The notes under the pieces are model-generated. The model searched no databases. It worked only from the letters and a program-made list of their open reading frames with translations, and was not told the DNA's origin. Positions 1 to 14,429 of a stretch of 64,000 bases of DNA are shown one piece after another. Source of the stretch: Laetmonice hystrix (Eukaryota); NCBI GenBank assembly GCA_965235115.1, contig OZ249438.1:30690001-30754000 (forward strand), read 5' to 3'. Position numbers and translations under genes: made by a program. Within the stretch, counting starts at the first letter, position 1, and each line of letters opens with the position of its first letter.

Positions 1-3000
1 AAGCTTACAGCGGCTGTCTTGGCTGGTCAGCAGTGTAAATGCGTTCAATGGCAGTTAAGCTTTACATTGGAGCGCAGAAAAGCTATATATCTGCCAAGGC
101 AGTACGTCTGTTTGTTGATGGTGTTAAACACTTCTTACAATTGTAATGTTTGTGGACATCCTGCGGTGGGTGTGTTCTCACAGTGATCATCATATCTACC
201 GGTAATAAGGCAGAGAGAGTGTACTAGAATGGAATGTTAGAGAACTGACCACCATTAATATTATCACACTGGTATAAACTACCAGGACTCCTCGAAAACT
301 ATTGTTCGTTATCGTTTATGTGATCAAATGTGATGATATGGCCATTCTGAAGTCTGTCAGTGACCTCGACCAATAGGCGAGAGGGAAAATATACTAGGTA
401 GGGGTTGATGTTAGTGGAAAAAGTACTATTGACCAGAACTGGCAGGGCCGCCTTCAGTGCCTCCCCCTGGCCACTCAACCCAAATCATCGGTGACGTCTC
501 TCCCCAGTGACACCTGTCGGTCAACTCATGTAATATTCCACTTTTAATCATAATTCAAGCGCTTGAAGAATTGAACTGCAGTATGTTGTCTGCCATTGAA
601 TGTAATTGTGTTTTCCCTTGGGTATCTATTCCTAGGTTGAACATACACTAACTTGCACCAGTTCTAAATAGGTCCCTTTGGAACTGTAGATTTCAAAACC
701 TGTGACAAAGAAGACATGAATCTTACTTCTGTATAGCTCTCTCTCTTCCTGGCAGTAGTCCGGAAGATGTCAGCGAGAGACGTTATAACCCATCACCTGA
801 TGGTTGTCTGGCGGGCTTGCTGCCTCTCTCTAGCCCCACCCATTCACACGGCCTACCCAGACATCCAGACGCCCAGATCCATACCACACTTTTTGTTGTT
901 GTTGCTAACTATTAACCCATTTTGGAACCAGCGTGAAAATAAAACCCGCGAGGCTTGCCCATGCCAAGATCTTTGTGAACAAGTGGTCTGTTGTCGCAGG
1001 GATTTTATTTAGGTAAAACAAAATTGGTGGGTTTTTTTGGGTCAAAATCAAGAGTTATTGAAGACCCCAGACCTTGCATAATATTGTGTTTATGTCTGTC
1101 GCTATGTGGCCGTGCCTAGCTTTTATGTATCTACCGTATACACTATCTTATAAGAGTACATCCAAATGGTTTGAATTTTTTTTTTTGGGGGGGGGGGGGG
1201 GGTCTGCTCCCAGCAATATTTTAAAAATAATTTCAGAGTACTGCATGGGGGTTTTCTTGGTGTACATAGGAAGGGCTTGCATATATATATATAGAATTAG
1301 TGTTAACTGCCTGGAACATTGCCATAACGATAAGCCATCTGTTGTCACCACATCAGTCTAGTCCTTGCTGGCTGCGAACATAAATCTACACGTAGGCCTA
1401 CAGGACTAGTAGGAATTTCGCCTATTGCAGGACCGGACTAAGGAGAGGAAAAAGTAGTAGCTCGATAGGACAGGAGTTGACGAGTTTTCTTATCTTTGGT
1501 GCCAAGACTTTGATATCTTAGCGATGTTTGATTAGTCGCATCGCGACAACATGATAATGCTGGAAGCTCCAGAAAATTATGCAACATACTCCACCTGGCG
1601 GCTTTAAACGTTAAAGACCCAGTGCCCACATAGGCCCGTATAGGCATCAGGATGAAGTATACTTTCGTAGGAGGTTTGGAGCCTAAAACCATTCAACCTC
1701 CCTACTGTGTTGTGAAATGTTCGCGGGAATTACTTATACGCCTGATCACTGTAAAACCATAACTATTTTCAGCTCCTGACTCCAGTTTTGCTGAGAAAAA
1801 CGGGATTGCAAGGGCTGTATACATACATAGGCCTACCTATCCTCCGATCCCTATACGGAACCTTGCCATTCTTTTGGTACTGACTTTCTGCAAAAATTCC
1901 AATTGTTGTGAAAGTCTTTCAAACAAAAATGATCTCAAACGTCTGCACAGATAACACGTAATGAAAGTAGGGTAGTCTGAGACTTATGACAGATGTTTGG
2001 AAGCGTACAGCCTAACAGTAGGAATCTCGAAGTGTGGGGACACACTTACAGCGCCTGGGTAAAAAAAACCGTGAACTGCGTCTATTTAGGATCGCTTGGC
2101 AGTTGCATATTTTTGTAGATGGCCCACCTGACCTGTCTCTCACCTGAGATACTGCGGTGGGCGTCCGTTATCTGTGTCTGGTGGCAAGCTGGCGGACATC
2201 TCTCAAACACTATTTGGTCTCAGTTTGCTCACGGCGGTTTTAACAGGTATCGTTGAAATAATTGCCGCCCTCTTCAGAAATCTTAAGGAGAACAAAAACG
2301 ACCTTTGACTTCTGCATATATATTATTGTTTCTTAGAAAATAGATCAATAGAAGACAGAAGTAGCTGGTTAGAAAAAAAGAGGATCAATATAAAGCACCC
2401 CCTACCCTGCTTTCACTTTCATTAACCCGAGGGAAGACATGACCTTGGCTATTGCTTTGTACCGTTGGCATTTTATACTATTTGACTGCAGACTCTGATG
2501 CTCTCAGGTACTCTGTTCGTCCAGTACATTTAATTTTGGGGTAAACAAAATAGATTACGATGTTCTGTTATCAATATAAAGTTTCTTTTTGATATGCAGG
2601 AGTGTATACATCGGATATAAGTCTTTAAGACGATACTATACAGCATAATCAATATACCTTGTTTTCCATAGTCCAGTTTGACCTGGCAGAAGTGCCATTC
2701 GTTACGTCAGTTAATCATATTTTAACACATGAATTTTATATAAGTTAGGGGGGAGAACAACTAAAGTTGGCTCGTCGCCAGCAAACGCTGCTAATCCTTA
2801 TTTGTCCGGCATCCCCGGCATAGACATTATAGGGCTATCCCCACTCAACGTCCACTATCCGGTTTATATGTTGTAACAGCTTTTAATAGATGGATATCGC
2901 CGTAAATTCGATTCAAAGTCAAATATATCCACTTTATGTTAGTTGTCTCCTGATTGCTCTTCATACCAGTAGAGTTGACGCCAACATGTATTGTTGCCGG

Positions 3001-6000
3001 CATATAGGTGGTACTCCTGACTCGTATTGTTCACAGTTGACACCAGTTCACAAACCGTCAGTGCCAGTGGATGGGTAGACAGGTGATCAATGACAGCCGA
3101 TAGATTATCGAGGGGTGAGGCTGGCGGGAATCAATAGCCAAGGTGGATCATCAGCTTATTGACAAGATACCCGCTGTGTGATGTTTCGTTAATCTGTCAT
3201 CAGCTAGCGCCAGTTTGACTCTCGACCCATCATCTCGCTGTAACATTCCCTGGGAGGTGGGCAGAGAAGCTGCTTAATGGCTTACAACAAAATGGGCCTG
3301 GTCTCTAGCCAGTATGTCATCGCTAACATCATGATCAAGGGACAATCTTTCTCTCAATGTGTGAATACTATTGATAGACCTCCACGTATTTTGTTCGGAA
3401 ATAGAGTTTTACTGTAGTGATCGATATGGGCCATATTCTGTAAGGATGTTTACTTGAAAAACGACCTTTTCAGGCGTAAGATCCTGCCTCGTCTCGTGTG
3501 CAGTTCATGTGTTAGAATTATGACGGCATAACGTATGGAAGCACTTTAAGATAACCATCGAAATACGGCAGATTTTACATAGCTTCTGATGCCCTAATGT
3601 ACACTATCTTTAGGATTTATGGTCTGATCGAGTAGATCAGTCTATTTAGTATTCACCTCCCGAAAGGTCACATAATTCTCTGATAAATTTAGCTCTGCGT
3701 CCCAGGTTACGGGCAATACCCTGGAGAATCGTATGAGTAGGAATTCTAGTCGAGTACTGTGATTAATATACCTGGTATCCAAAATATGGATTGTTGCTCA
3801 CGAGAAGCAGGGACTTGATTTGACAATTGGATTTCACTCGAGCTGCTGTACGTAATAGGATGCAGGACGAGATGGTGTAATTCAGATTAATATACCTCTC
3901 CAACCCAGCAACTGGCCTGGCAGTGACCTTAGATAGGGCTAACTGTTATCATAGTTATATCAGCTTATTTGGATTCACAAATTTTAAACTCTGCCGCTGA
4001 AAATTATGCAAATGTATTGTTTTATCCTATCAGTCTCTAAAAGTGATGTGTTCACAGTACCTGGAATCACTTAAAATATATGGCCAATTCTAAAACAATT
4101 CTTTTGATATTCTTTTTAGGAGTAAAAAGATCCCCAATTGCATGAACAACTCTGCAGTATTTCAATGTACCGATCGTCAAGGAATATTGTAACGCTTTGA
4201 AGATCGATATCTTACCGCCATGTTGATTGACCAAGGCGGCAGCAGGTAAAATTTTCACGGAGGTCATAATGAAATCAATACGAGTTCGGACCAGGTGATG
4301 GTTTGCAGCAACAGTTGGATACATCAATACACCTAATCTTTTTTATCGCTTCATCCACATTTCAGCATTGAACACATGGCAACCTCCCATGTGGATCATG
4401 ACATATTGGAAGTCTGCTTAAGTTTTGTATGAATAAACGTCAGTGTTGATAAAATGGATACTGGTGAACCATGCGCTTGTGGATAAAATCATAGGTGTTC
4501 TGAACTACACGAGACCCTGAAAATGGTCTTCATTTTGGCTGTCCAGGGGCCAGTATGATAGGTCTGCCTAGGAATGGCATCTCTCAGGTAACTAGTGATT
4601 CAGCAGCAGGTAACAACAACTGCCGAGTAGCAACATCTCACTGACAGAAGCAAACATATACAATGCCGATTATTTACATCAGTTTGCATTTGTTTATTGT
4701 TCATCAATAGACCAAACAAATTTTCTTGTTGCTGGAGATGGTCTCACATGTCCATGCTCTCTTCAAACGCCTGGTCTGAACTTGCTATTGGGTAAACTCC
4801 CAAGTGTATGTTTTTCAGAAAACGACAACAGGAATGTTTTTAAACCGTTTCTTGTTGTGATGGAACTACAATCAGAATTGCGACGTAGTCGCCACCAAAA
4901 AAAGAGAAAAAGTTAGGTCCGTGTTTACTCTTATCATAGAGTCTATATTCTATGCTCTTATGAAATTAAAGTTATCAAAGTTTTTCTCAATATAGACCCA
5001 GAAATGTCCGGAAGTTTTATATGTACCGGTAATAGATTTTCAATCATGGCTCCTTTCCATGTAATTATGTTCTTTCTTTATTCTGTTAGTAACTTTCACC
5101 ATTCATCGCCCCAGCTCTGTCAAATTATGACAATGATGTAAGGGAGATTGATTTGAAGTTCCGATGGGGTTTTCCATAGCACCTCTAGAAGGAGATTGCT
5201 GGCCTTTCCCAGGAGCTGTTGGTCATTAGATGGCAGCTTGCCACGGCTGTCGAATTCACACAGCTCTTCTCATTCTACAGCAAATCATAAAAGATTAATT
5301 TCTCATTGGATGTGGATCATGAAACGTTCTCTCGGGCGGAGCTGATGGCATTGGTAAATGAATCCTTGGGACTTTGATTGAGTATCTTCATTCAGAATTG
5401 ATATTGAAAACACTAGGGTTTAAGGTCAGTTGGAAATGATCATTTCAATTCATACCGTTCCACTTGCAGTCTTTAATACATGTTCATATTCCAAAAGTTT
5501 TGAGCGTCAGACAGTTTTGGTTGTTTGCTTTTATGATAAGAAATTGATCTAACGTAACTTTGAAAATATGTCTTGGTTATTTAAAGCTTAACGAAGAAGG
5601 CATTTCAAAAGTCTTTGCACAAAGAATACAATATGGAATGTGTAATATGGATTCCTACACCGTGTGAAAATGATTTCCTTCGCCCGCTATTTAAACCTGG
5701 CATACTATAACGTTTTTATCTTGTTATTAGATATGCAATAATAGTGGAAGTTATTTCCTGTACACAAAAGACGTTTGTCACCAGCCTGACTCAATGTATT
5801 CTTTGTTGTACTTCTTGAAGAGGTAATTTTGAACATCTTACATACTCTTAATTCAGTTCCACCTGTCACTGACTACAAAAGCTTTTAGCTTTTGAAAAGA
5901 CTGAGGTTACAGTAAATAATTATTATTGCACAAGTTGCTGAGTCAATGCCAAGTAATTTTGAAGTTTTCCAAGCACATTCATTAGGTTGGAAATTCCTTT

Positions 6001-6450
6001 AACTGCTAAATGAGATCCAGAACGGTTACTCATCCCTTCTGAATGTTATATTGACGATCTTTGTGGCAAATCTACGGGGCCTATCGCCGATTCTATACAA
6101 TTCTTTTAATCTTTTCTTACAGAGCCTGTAATTGTTGCCCGTCCTTGTACTATAATATCATTGTCAACTAATCCGGATCTCATAAAAATTTCATTTAAAG
6201 ATGTGTGTAGGGAACACCTCAATATTTATGTTCGGTATCAAGTTTGACTGGACCTGTGCTAATACCTGAATAATGAATTTCTTCATAGAAGACATGACTG
6301 AAGGATGTCAGGAGGTGAGGGAAGTCGATATTCTGTCTAGTTTATACTGTCGAATTAGGGGCATTGAGGTTGAGGAGCAGAGGCCTGGCTATCCGAATCC
6401 CTATGATTGGCGAAGCTGGGATGACTCACTGGAAAACTATTGACGTAGAC

Positions 6451-6775
6451 CTACAGCTGCTGTGGCCTTGGGTACTGGTACCCATCTCTGTAAGTCGAAC
6501 CCATCGAAGATCCCTGATGTCTATAGTGTCGACCTGGTTCGCGGACATGAGACCAGCTCTTTTGAAGTGGGGGGACAAAGTGAATCTTTGAGGTGAAAAT
6601 ACAATGTTGGTGAGTTGGACCTTGTATTTGGAAGGATTGACCCGACTCCACGGATAACTTGTACCGTAACCACAGAGCATGTACCATTGTACCCTCAAGT
6701 CGTGTGATGTTTCTCTTTTGTCGAGCTGCCCATGGTCCTTCCGGATCTGCTATGTTTACATCTTTGAGAACATCT
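6451..6775 (-). other. Candidate terminal coding exon, product unknown
   Basis: Acceptor actcttcag lies just after an in-frame stop. The frame then stays open for 107 codons to TAG (DVLKDVNIADPEGPWAARQKRNITRLEGTMVHALW...PQQL*). No recognisable domain. Confidence 0.2.
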
Positions 6776-9700
6776 CTGAAGAGTGTATATTAATCAGTAC
6801 TTTAAACGTCAGAACACTGAGCTTCTCGGAACATCTAGTTAAGTGTTCTGAAGTCAGCAAGTCATAATATTTAACGTTCACTTGCCCTGATGTTGCCCTG
6901 AAACTGACCAGAAATTCTTGCGAATTGTCACTCGACTGGTTGTGGTTAGATGCTGCGGTCAGGACTTGGCACTATGCCTTTGTACCCTGAGGTGTGCATG
7001 GCTTCAGGGAGGGCAGGTGGCACCTGGCACCAAGCCTTCATTCCCTAAGGTGTGGGTAGCTTCACCGACCGACGGTCGACAGGAAAGTCATGGGGTACGC
7101 ACACGTACGTGGGTAAGAACCATACTGTACTCCCTGACCTGATGACATCGTGACTCTTTCCATCTCCTTAGAGGAAAGGGATTTTAGAGCAGAATAATCT
7201 TTTGTATTTTCCAATATTATTGCTCCCGCCCCCGGATGATCTACAACCCCCGCGTTTCTGTTGTCTTCTTAATAATCTTAAGTTCACATATAATTTTCGT
7301 CAAGTTTGCCCCCCCCCTCCCCTAAAATATTTCCCGAGGACGCCCATGACTGGAATGTCTACCTATTTGTAGAAATAATGGAAAATGCATTTTGCTAAGC
7401 TGTTTGGAATAAATATAGTATGACAAACTTATATACTTGAGATCTAGTGCTGCCCATGCTGACCCCCACCCTTCATGACCTTTTCTATAAGACCAGACAG
7501 GTATGGTAGCCGGCAGATGGGTGGTGAGATGGGAAGGATTAGCACGAGACTTTGTGTCCCGTTAACATTCAGCCGGTGAGGCGGTATTGATGAAATGTCA
7601 CAAACCACTCGGGTGGACTGATGGATGACCAGACCAGGCCAGCCTCCCTCTCCCACCAGGCCGAGACCTTGTCTACATATCTTCACAACTTTCAGCTGTT
7701 GGATCATGGTCTGCATTTTCTAGCATTTCCAGCCTAGCATTAAAGGATTTGATATTTGAGGTCTGGCAGTTGGATGTCTAGCGACTTAATGCATAGTGAC
7801 AAATCCAGATCAGCACACGTCTATAAGAAAGGAGATGACACCAACACGTAATGGTCCTGTGGAAAGGTTTTGGGTCTTGTATGTTAAAAAATGAAAAATA
7901 TAAGAACAATGCAGCGATAACATGGTGTAGATTTACTGTAAGAATTAGAGGATAAGTAAAGATGCTGATAGACGCTATGTGTAGTGATTATTCACTCACT
8001 GGCTTGAATGTAGACCTAGCTGTTGTAAAGCGCGCTGTTCTTTTCAACCGTACTTTTCTTTATATCTGAGCGTTAAAGGTCTGTTTTTATACATGCACTA
8101 TAGAACGGGTATAGTCCATTTCACATGAAAAGCTCCACCCCGATATATCTCAGAAGACAAGCCAAAGTAAACAATAGACAGGAATCACTTATTGAATAAC
8201 GCGCCGCCTTTGCTATAGTTTGGTCAATAAACAATGAGCACAATGTTGGACAACACGACCGTTCCCACACCAGATTTCTTTTTTTTTCTAGGAGAATGCT
8301 TGTCATTGATTCAGTCATGCATCTTGTCTGGCTTTACTTCCTAGTTAAACAATAGTGTCTTTGCCCGGTACTTTCACTACAAATTTATTATGTTGTATTC
8401 ATAGTTTATGTTATAACCTCATACCTGACATGTGATAAAAATGGGGTTTTCTTTTGTTTTATTTTATCTCATGTCTTTCGTGATTACTGTACTGGCCTTT
8501 TTCGTTCCTCTTTCCCACGCTCCCAGGGTTCTTTACACATTGAAACACACGTAATCCCATTGGTATACTTTTAATACACCCCGTATTGGAATGATTAGCA
8601 AACAGGGGTCACACGACAACACGAGCAATTATTCTCCACAAAATATAACCAATGTATGCATGTTGTATTGGTGAGCTGTTCCTGGCGCTAGTGGTGGAGA
8701 GTATAGCGATGATAGTTAAAGGTTTGACATTGTGTTGGTTTATAAACCTGTTCCAAAACAAGGCTACAACTACTACTGACAGCTAACATGCATGTGTGCC
8801 TGCAAGTTCATGGCTCCCACTCCTCGCCTTCATGTCTTGTTAAAACCTCGTAATTAAAAGCTGACTCACCCGATCACATGGCTATGGCATTGAAATATTC
8901 ATAATAAGTATGTGAGTTGATTGCTCAACGTCGATAAGGTATTGTTCGCTCTCAAATCCTATTATGTTAAACTGTCTGTAAGGTTGTGGGCACCAATTAC
9001 AATCCCTGATTAAGTCATTTTTCGGTGACGTTTCATATGCGGGTCAATATTTCGTCCACTGGAGTGATTTGGGATTTAAATCTAGTTTTTGAGGTGTGGA
9101 CAGGTGAGGTTCTCAACATATTTTATAGGATGATATCAAAGTAAGGCAGACATTTTGTAAAATGATAGGTGTCGAAAAATCCAACCTTTGGCCACTAGCC
9201 CAGACTAGTGTTGTGTTAAGTTGTACTAGTCCAACGAAACCTAAGGACCGTTCTATACAGATCATCTATAAGAAGGGTCCTTAGCTTTTTGGGGTTATGG
9301 ATCCCTTTGAGGAATCAATAAAACTGTTGACGTCTTCCTCAGAAAGATGTAACACGGACGCGCGCACACATGATATACAGTTCATGTTATATTGGGATGC
9401 CACTTGCGTCTTACTATAAAGTCAGGATATTTTTATAACGACAATCTTTAAACTAAACTAACAAAAAGAGACCCGGAGAAGTTATTTGCCCATTGGACCA
9501 CTGGTTAAGTCTAGTAAAGACTAATGACACGGTATTCTCTGTTTGACATTGACAGGAATGAAGAGTATACTTCGTGAAGGCAATTCACCCATACAGGTGT
9601 CATCATTACTGTCGGGTGAGTATATAACCCATGCCCATTCAATGCTTTACTGCTCATTATAGATTTTATGAGAATTTACATTTCGATTGGAGAATTCCCA

Positions 9701-10080
9701 GATCGACTTGTTATGTTATGAAAGAAGGTGTGTAAGAAAAAAAGATGCTGGTGGATAGCAGTACTTATTGATGTTCAGTGACTGAGCCATTGTGTCCTCA
9801 AACAGGGCCAGGTGTGGAGAGTAAGTAAAAGGTCATTGACTCTATGGCGGACCTTGATTGCAACCTTCACCTTCTGATAACGTATTCTGGACGAACGTTT
9901 GCCACTTGATTTTGGCATCAGCATGCAATGCTGGTTTGGCAGAGGTTGTAGCACGTGGGCGGAAGTATGCCTTCAACTCATCAAACAAAAAAAACTTTGG
10001 TCCATCCATTGATGCAGTGCCAGGGTTCAGTGTTCATCTTTCATGAGACAAGAATTTCATCGTAACAACAAATTGCTTAC

Positions 10081-10176
10081 AATGGCCAATTGTTAAGGGA
10101 CTCAATATGTAAAAAGTTTGAACGGAAATTATTTAGAATCATATCCAATTCATATGGAATGTGTAGTACCAAGTAT
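10081..10176 (-). other. Candidate internal exon (96 nt)
   Basis: aaatctttcag|ATAC...CCATT|gtaagc, with an open frame YLVLHIPYELDMILNNFRSNFLHIESLNNWP. Based on splice-site consensus only. Confidence 0.2.
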
Positions 10177-13100
10177 CTGAAAGATTTATTTAAAGAATTA
10201 TGTCTGAAAGAACCTCGAAATAAATTGTAAGAAATGCTCTCAATTAAACCGTGGGTGTTAGTGCAATAAGACAGAACCACAGAAAATAGGTTATTGGTGC
10301 AGTAATTTGTAATCTTTGAAATAAATGAACAGAATCGCTGATTCACAATAGATTTTTCTGTCTTAGACTCTTCAGATTTCTTTAAAAGGGACCAGGAAAA
10401 ACATTTCAAAGTGGCAAGTCTACGTGGCAAGTCTACGAATTTGCACCTTTATTTCCTATTTTTCCCAATCCGTATTTAGTTGGAGAGAGTGACGTATTGA
10501 CCAGCGTTTCGAGCGTCACACCCGTGTGAATGAGGCAGACAGTCTATGACTCATTAACACGATACTATCATTTAGACTGATATAATGGTAATATCTCCTG
10601 ATGGCAACTTTCAATGGTCCTACATCCCCAAGATATCACTCGTGGTTTCTAGGTCAGTATTTAACGACGACCTGTATAATATACCAACCAAATTTTACGG
10701 CTTGGCAGAAAAAAAAACAACTGTAGGAAATCACTAAGTGATGCAGAGCAGTGCACGTTAATCAATGAGTATCACTATGGATTTGTTACTCTGTAGTATG
10801 CATACACAAAATTGGGAAGTAGCGAGCAGTGCCTGTAATATTTGCTAGAATCTGAGGTGATTAAGATCGCATCTCTTGGAAGCACGAAAATTACACTGGG
10901 TATGGAACCGAAGGGCTCATCTTTGGCCAGTTTCTCTGCTGTGATTGGAAGGCTCCTGGATTTCAGAGGTCAATGCGTCATATTTTTACAACTGTACAAA
11001 CTATCATTCAGCCAATGCAAGCAATCGTCGTTATATGGTGTATTAAACATTCAAAAGCCATCGGTATTGCTGCTATTCAGATCAAGTGCATGCATTTTCC
11101 GGTATTCATCCTCTTGTAAAGCTTATACCTGGTGCCTTGCCAAAGTAGCCTTGTTGTCCTGTTTGTGGGCCACAGACTGAATGGGCCCTTATGGGCTGGG
11201 CCGCCTGCAGACTGTCGCCTATTGATCAACTGCCATTCTCATGGTTCATAGATAACGCTCGTCACTGATGCAGGTAAACCACTATCAAGTCGTAGTAGTA
11301 GTACAACAGACAATAGACCTACATTGAGATGGGCATATGACTGTTTAATTGCATCATTAGTGCTTTTTGCCATGCTTTGAACGGACCATGGTTTTTTTTT
11401 TGCATTTTGAGCGGAAGATGGGGAGAAATCTTCCTTGTTCCTGTACAGGGTAAAGATTCTCGTTCCCTGTTCGTGCGGCCCATCATTGAGACATCTTTCT
11501 AAAATCGCGTGATTCCTTGAGTTTTATATGGCAATGATTTATGTGTCGAATTATGTGCCTTTTCCCCGAAAATTGCGAAGAACCTGCCCTGAAACACTGG
11601 AACAATGTGCCCCTAAAACAATGCCCAGTGACCCAGAGAGTTCCCTCTGAGCTAACAAGGTCTGATTGCGAAATATCCGTGTAGTCCCCGGCTGCTGCAG
11701 AGTCTGTGCCTCATCCGGCAGGGAGACATGCAGGTTTGACCTACCTGAGCCAGGTGAATGGAAACATGCCAGTGGTGCCGGAGCTCTCTCAGACAGCCGT
11801 CACCGGGAGGTGTCGAGAGCCTCGGGTGTGGGAACCAGTGCTCCGTTATCCCTGGTGGCACACCTCGGACCGACCGGTCAGCAGGACCGACATGTCCGGT
11901 CACAGCCTCTCGTTGCTCGAGTACTCTCTCAATCACTCATGCATGGTGCAGCTTTGATGCTAGAAACAATCCCGTGGGCGGGCGGGGAGTGGGGGGGGGG
12001 GGGGGCGTGTCCTGATGGTGGCGACAGCAGGTGGAACACAGTTTATAACTGTCTCACCTGGTGGTGGCTGCCACCGTGCACTCAGATGATCCACCGGCAG
12101 CGGTTAGCTGGCTGGCTGCTTGGATGGCCGAGGAGCCGGTCAGCCTGAGGCAACGGCCTCGGGCCTCCTCGCCGGGGAATCACCGACATTGATGGGTCGT
12201 GGATTGTCGATGTATGGGAGCGGGACCAGGGGATTATGCATGAAAAGAAGAACGAGCAGCAGCTTAAATATAGTTGGCAAACATTAATTTTTTCTCGTCC
12301 AAAGAAATGTTATAGTCTCGGACGAGGGGTTAGGCATCACGAGTGTGTGCATGAGATGATAACAACCACAAGAGGCGTGTCTCCATAGAGAGACAGAGGT
12401 GTCTCTATTGGCCTACTTTGCAAAACTTAAAATGAGAAATGAATACTAGTAAGGATAGAAATATTGAAACTCAGCATTTCTATCACCGTTGTACTGTGAT
12501 CATTTGCATAGTATTTGCCTTTGATGTTGTCAAACAAAGTCTACTCCGGATAATACATTCACCTCTTTAGTTGTGAGGTGGTATCAGATTCCGAGGTCTC
12601 CGCACTGACCTTTCAATACATGTTGTATTTCATACAAATAAACAGGAGTATTTCTGCTTTCACGGATCCCTAAAGCGAAGTTACCCCTGTACGGTTCGGT
12701 TCGTCCAGCAGTTGGTCCGTGTTTGGCCCCACTCGGTGGCTGGCCATACTGTTTGACTGGGCCTTGTCTGCACGTACAGTTTCAGTTTTCACTAGAACGA
12801 GAGACATGTTGACAGGGAACAAGGTGGGGAGGAGCGGTAGATCTGAGGCCCCATAGAGGGTGGGGTAACTCTCGTGCCCCCAGCGTGGGAAGGCTCAGTG
12901 AAGGGTGTTCCCAGCCCCACTTGTTAAGCTGTGTACCTGTACGTGGCCCACCTGTGGGGTAGACGAACTGTTTGTTGATAGCACCCTCTTCGTGTAAAGC
13001 CCCCATCCTCAGGGAAATCTCTAGTGTTTCCTCCAAGTCATGGGGCCCGGGTACTCTACAGGTTCTGTGACATATCTGCAGGGAGTGACACTGGCCCGTT

Positions 13101-13306
13101 ATTCTAGCAGAAAGTTGTTCCTTTATTACTTTCTTCTTCAACCATGCCTCTCTTCTCCACCATAATTTCCTCCCCCACTCAATTCTCCCAGCTCCAGGAG
13201 ATCTACTTCAATCCAACCTATTCAGTAATTCATACCCTCTCCAAACCCTCCACTCTTTCTCCCCGTCTGCTCCCTCCACCGCCCTGACCATATGCACCAC
13301 TCCTCA

Positions 13307-13688
13307 ACCCATTCCTCCCTGCTCCACCTTATATCCTCTACTCCATCCCATCCACCAGACAGCCTCTCCCACCCATTCCTTCCTGCTCCACTATATCCTC
13401 TACTCCATCCTATAATCCATCCCATCCACCATACAGCATCTCCACCTATTCCTCCCTGTTTCACCATATCCTCTACTCCATCCTATATCCATCCCATCCA
13501 CCATCTCCACCCATTCCTCCCTGCTCCCTTGCCCATATCCTCTACTCCACCCTATAATGCATCCCATCCACCATACAGCATCTTCCACCCATTCCTCCCT
13601 GCTCCACCATATCCTCTACTCCATCCTATATCCATCCCATCCACCATACAACCTCTCCCACTCATTCCTCCCTGCTCCACCGTATCCC
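13307..13688. repeat. Degenerate pyrimidine-rich minisatellite, ~62-74 bp unit, ~5-6 copies
   Basis: Recurring cccattcctccctgctccaccatatcctctactccatcc(tataat)ccatcccatccaccatacagc. The 197-aa His/Pro ORF at 13292-13885 is a by-product of this repeat. Confidence 0.9.
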
Positions 13689-14118
13689 GCACTCTAGCTT
13701 CCCCCCACCCCACTCCGCTGGCTCAGTACGTTCCATGTACTGTCATATTATCATTAACTACATTATTGATGGCCATCGATCTCCTCGCATCGTACCAAGT
13801 ACACTCCATTGACCAGTTGACCACGCAGGCCTTGCTGGAATCCATTCATCTAATCTTCCCGGATACCCGGCGCATCTCCTGGTAATAAATATCAATAGAT
13901 CTTGGGAGAATTTTGAGAGAAAAAGGATAAGCAACCATGCGACCACTAATATTGTTTTCCCTGACATGTCACCTTTGTTACTACTTTAATTTCTGAAATA
14001 TATTTCTCCTCACAGATAATTTATATGATGGATACGCGCCCACACTTTTCATGAATACTAAAAATTGCTTGTAATCAAGCATATTCGAAGATAATTTTTT
14101 ATAGGCCAGTGTAGAAGT

Positions 14119-14429
14119 ATCAAATCACTACCCCGTATAAAATCACTCGAGAGTGCTCTGAATCTGGGACAAAATCACTCTAGAGTGTTCTGATCCTAGG
14201 ATGATATCACTAGTGTTCTGATCCTAGAGGATGATATCACTCTAGAGTGTTCTGATCCTAGGATATCACTCTAGAGTGTTCTGAACCTAGGATGATATCA
14301 CTCTAGAGTGTTCTGAACCTAGGATGATATCACTCTAGAGTGTTCTGAACCTAGGATGATATCACTCTAGAGTGTTCTGAACCTAGGATGATATCACTCT
14401 AGAGTGAAAAGTTAGGGTAGTGATTTGAT
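14119..14429. mobile_element. MITE-like element with a 15-bp TIR enclosing a 32-bp tandem array
   Basis: atcaaatcactaccc (14119-14133) is the exact reverse complement of gggtagtgatttgat (14415-14429). The interior is almost entirely tandem repeat. TSD and superfamily are not resolved. Confidence 0.7.
14141..14406. repeat. 32-bp minisatellite, ~8.5 copies
   Basis: Unit atcactctagagtgttctgaacctaggatgat. The last four full copies are identical and the first copies are divergent. Confidence 0.95.

Noticed and set aside
3150-3210. Hammerhead-like core on the minus strand (CTGATGA-cagattaac-GAAAC)
   Set aside because: Stem II closes with C-C, and no stem I or stem III pairing with a cleavage triplet could be built.
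4067-4327. 86-aa ORF with NHHLVRTRIDF, loosely recalling the end of a LINE endonuclease domain
   Set aside because: The catalytic SDH motif is absent and there is no RT sequence downstream.
9850-10020. DGPKFFLFD resembling a hAT transposase C-terminal motif
   Set aside because: Only a few residues match, and the upstream dimerisation-domain motif is missing.
11652-12148. GC-rich patch with overlapping ORFs of 83-160 aa
   Set aside because: No recognisable domain or consistent splice boundaries, and the longest ORF runs through a G homopolymer.
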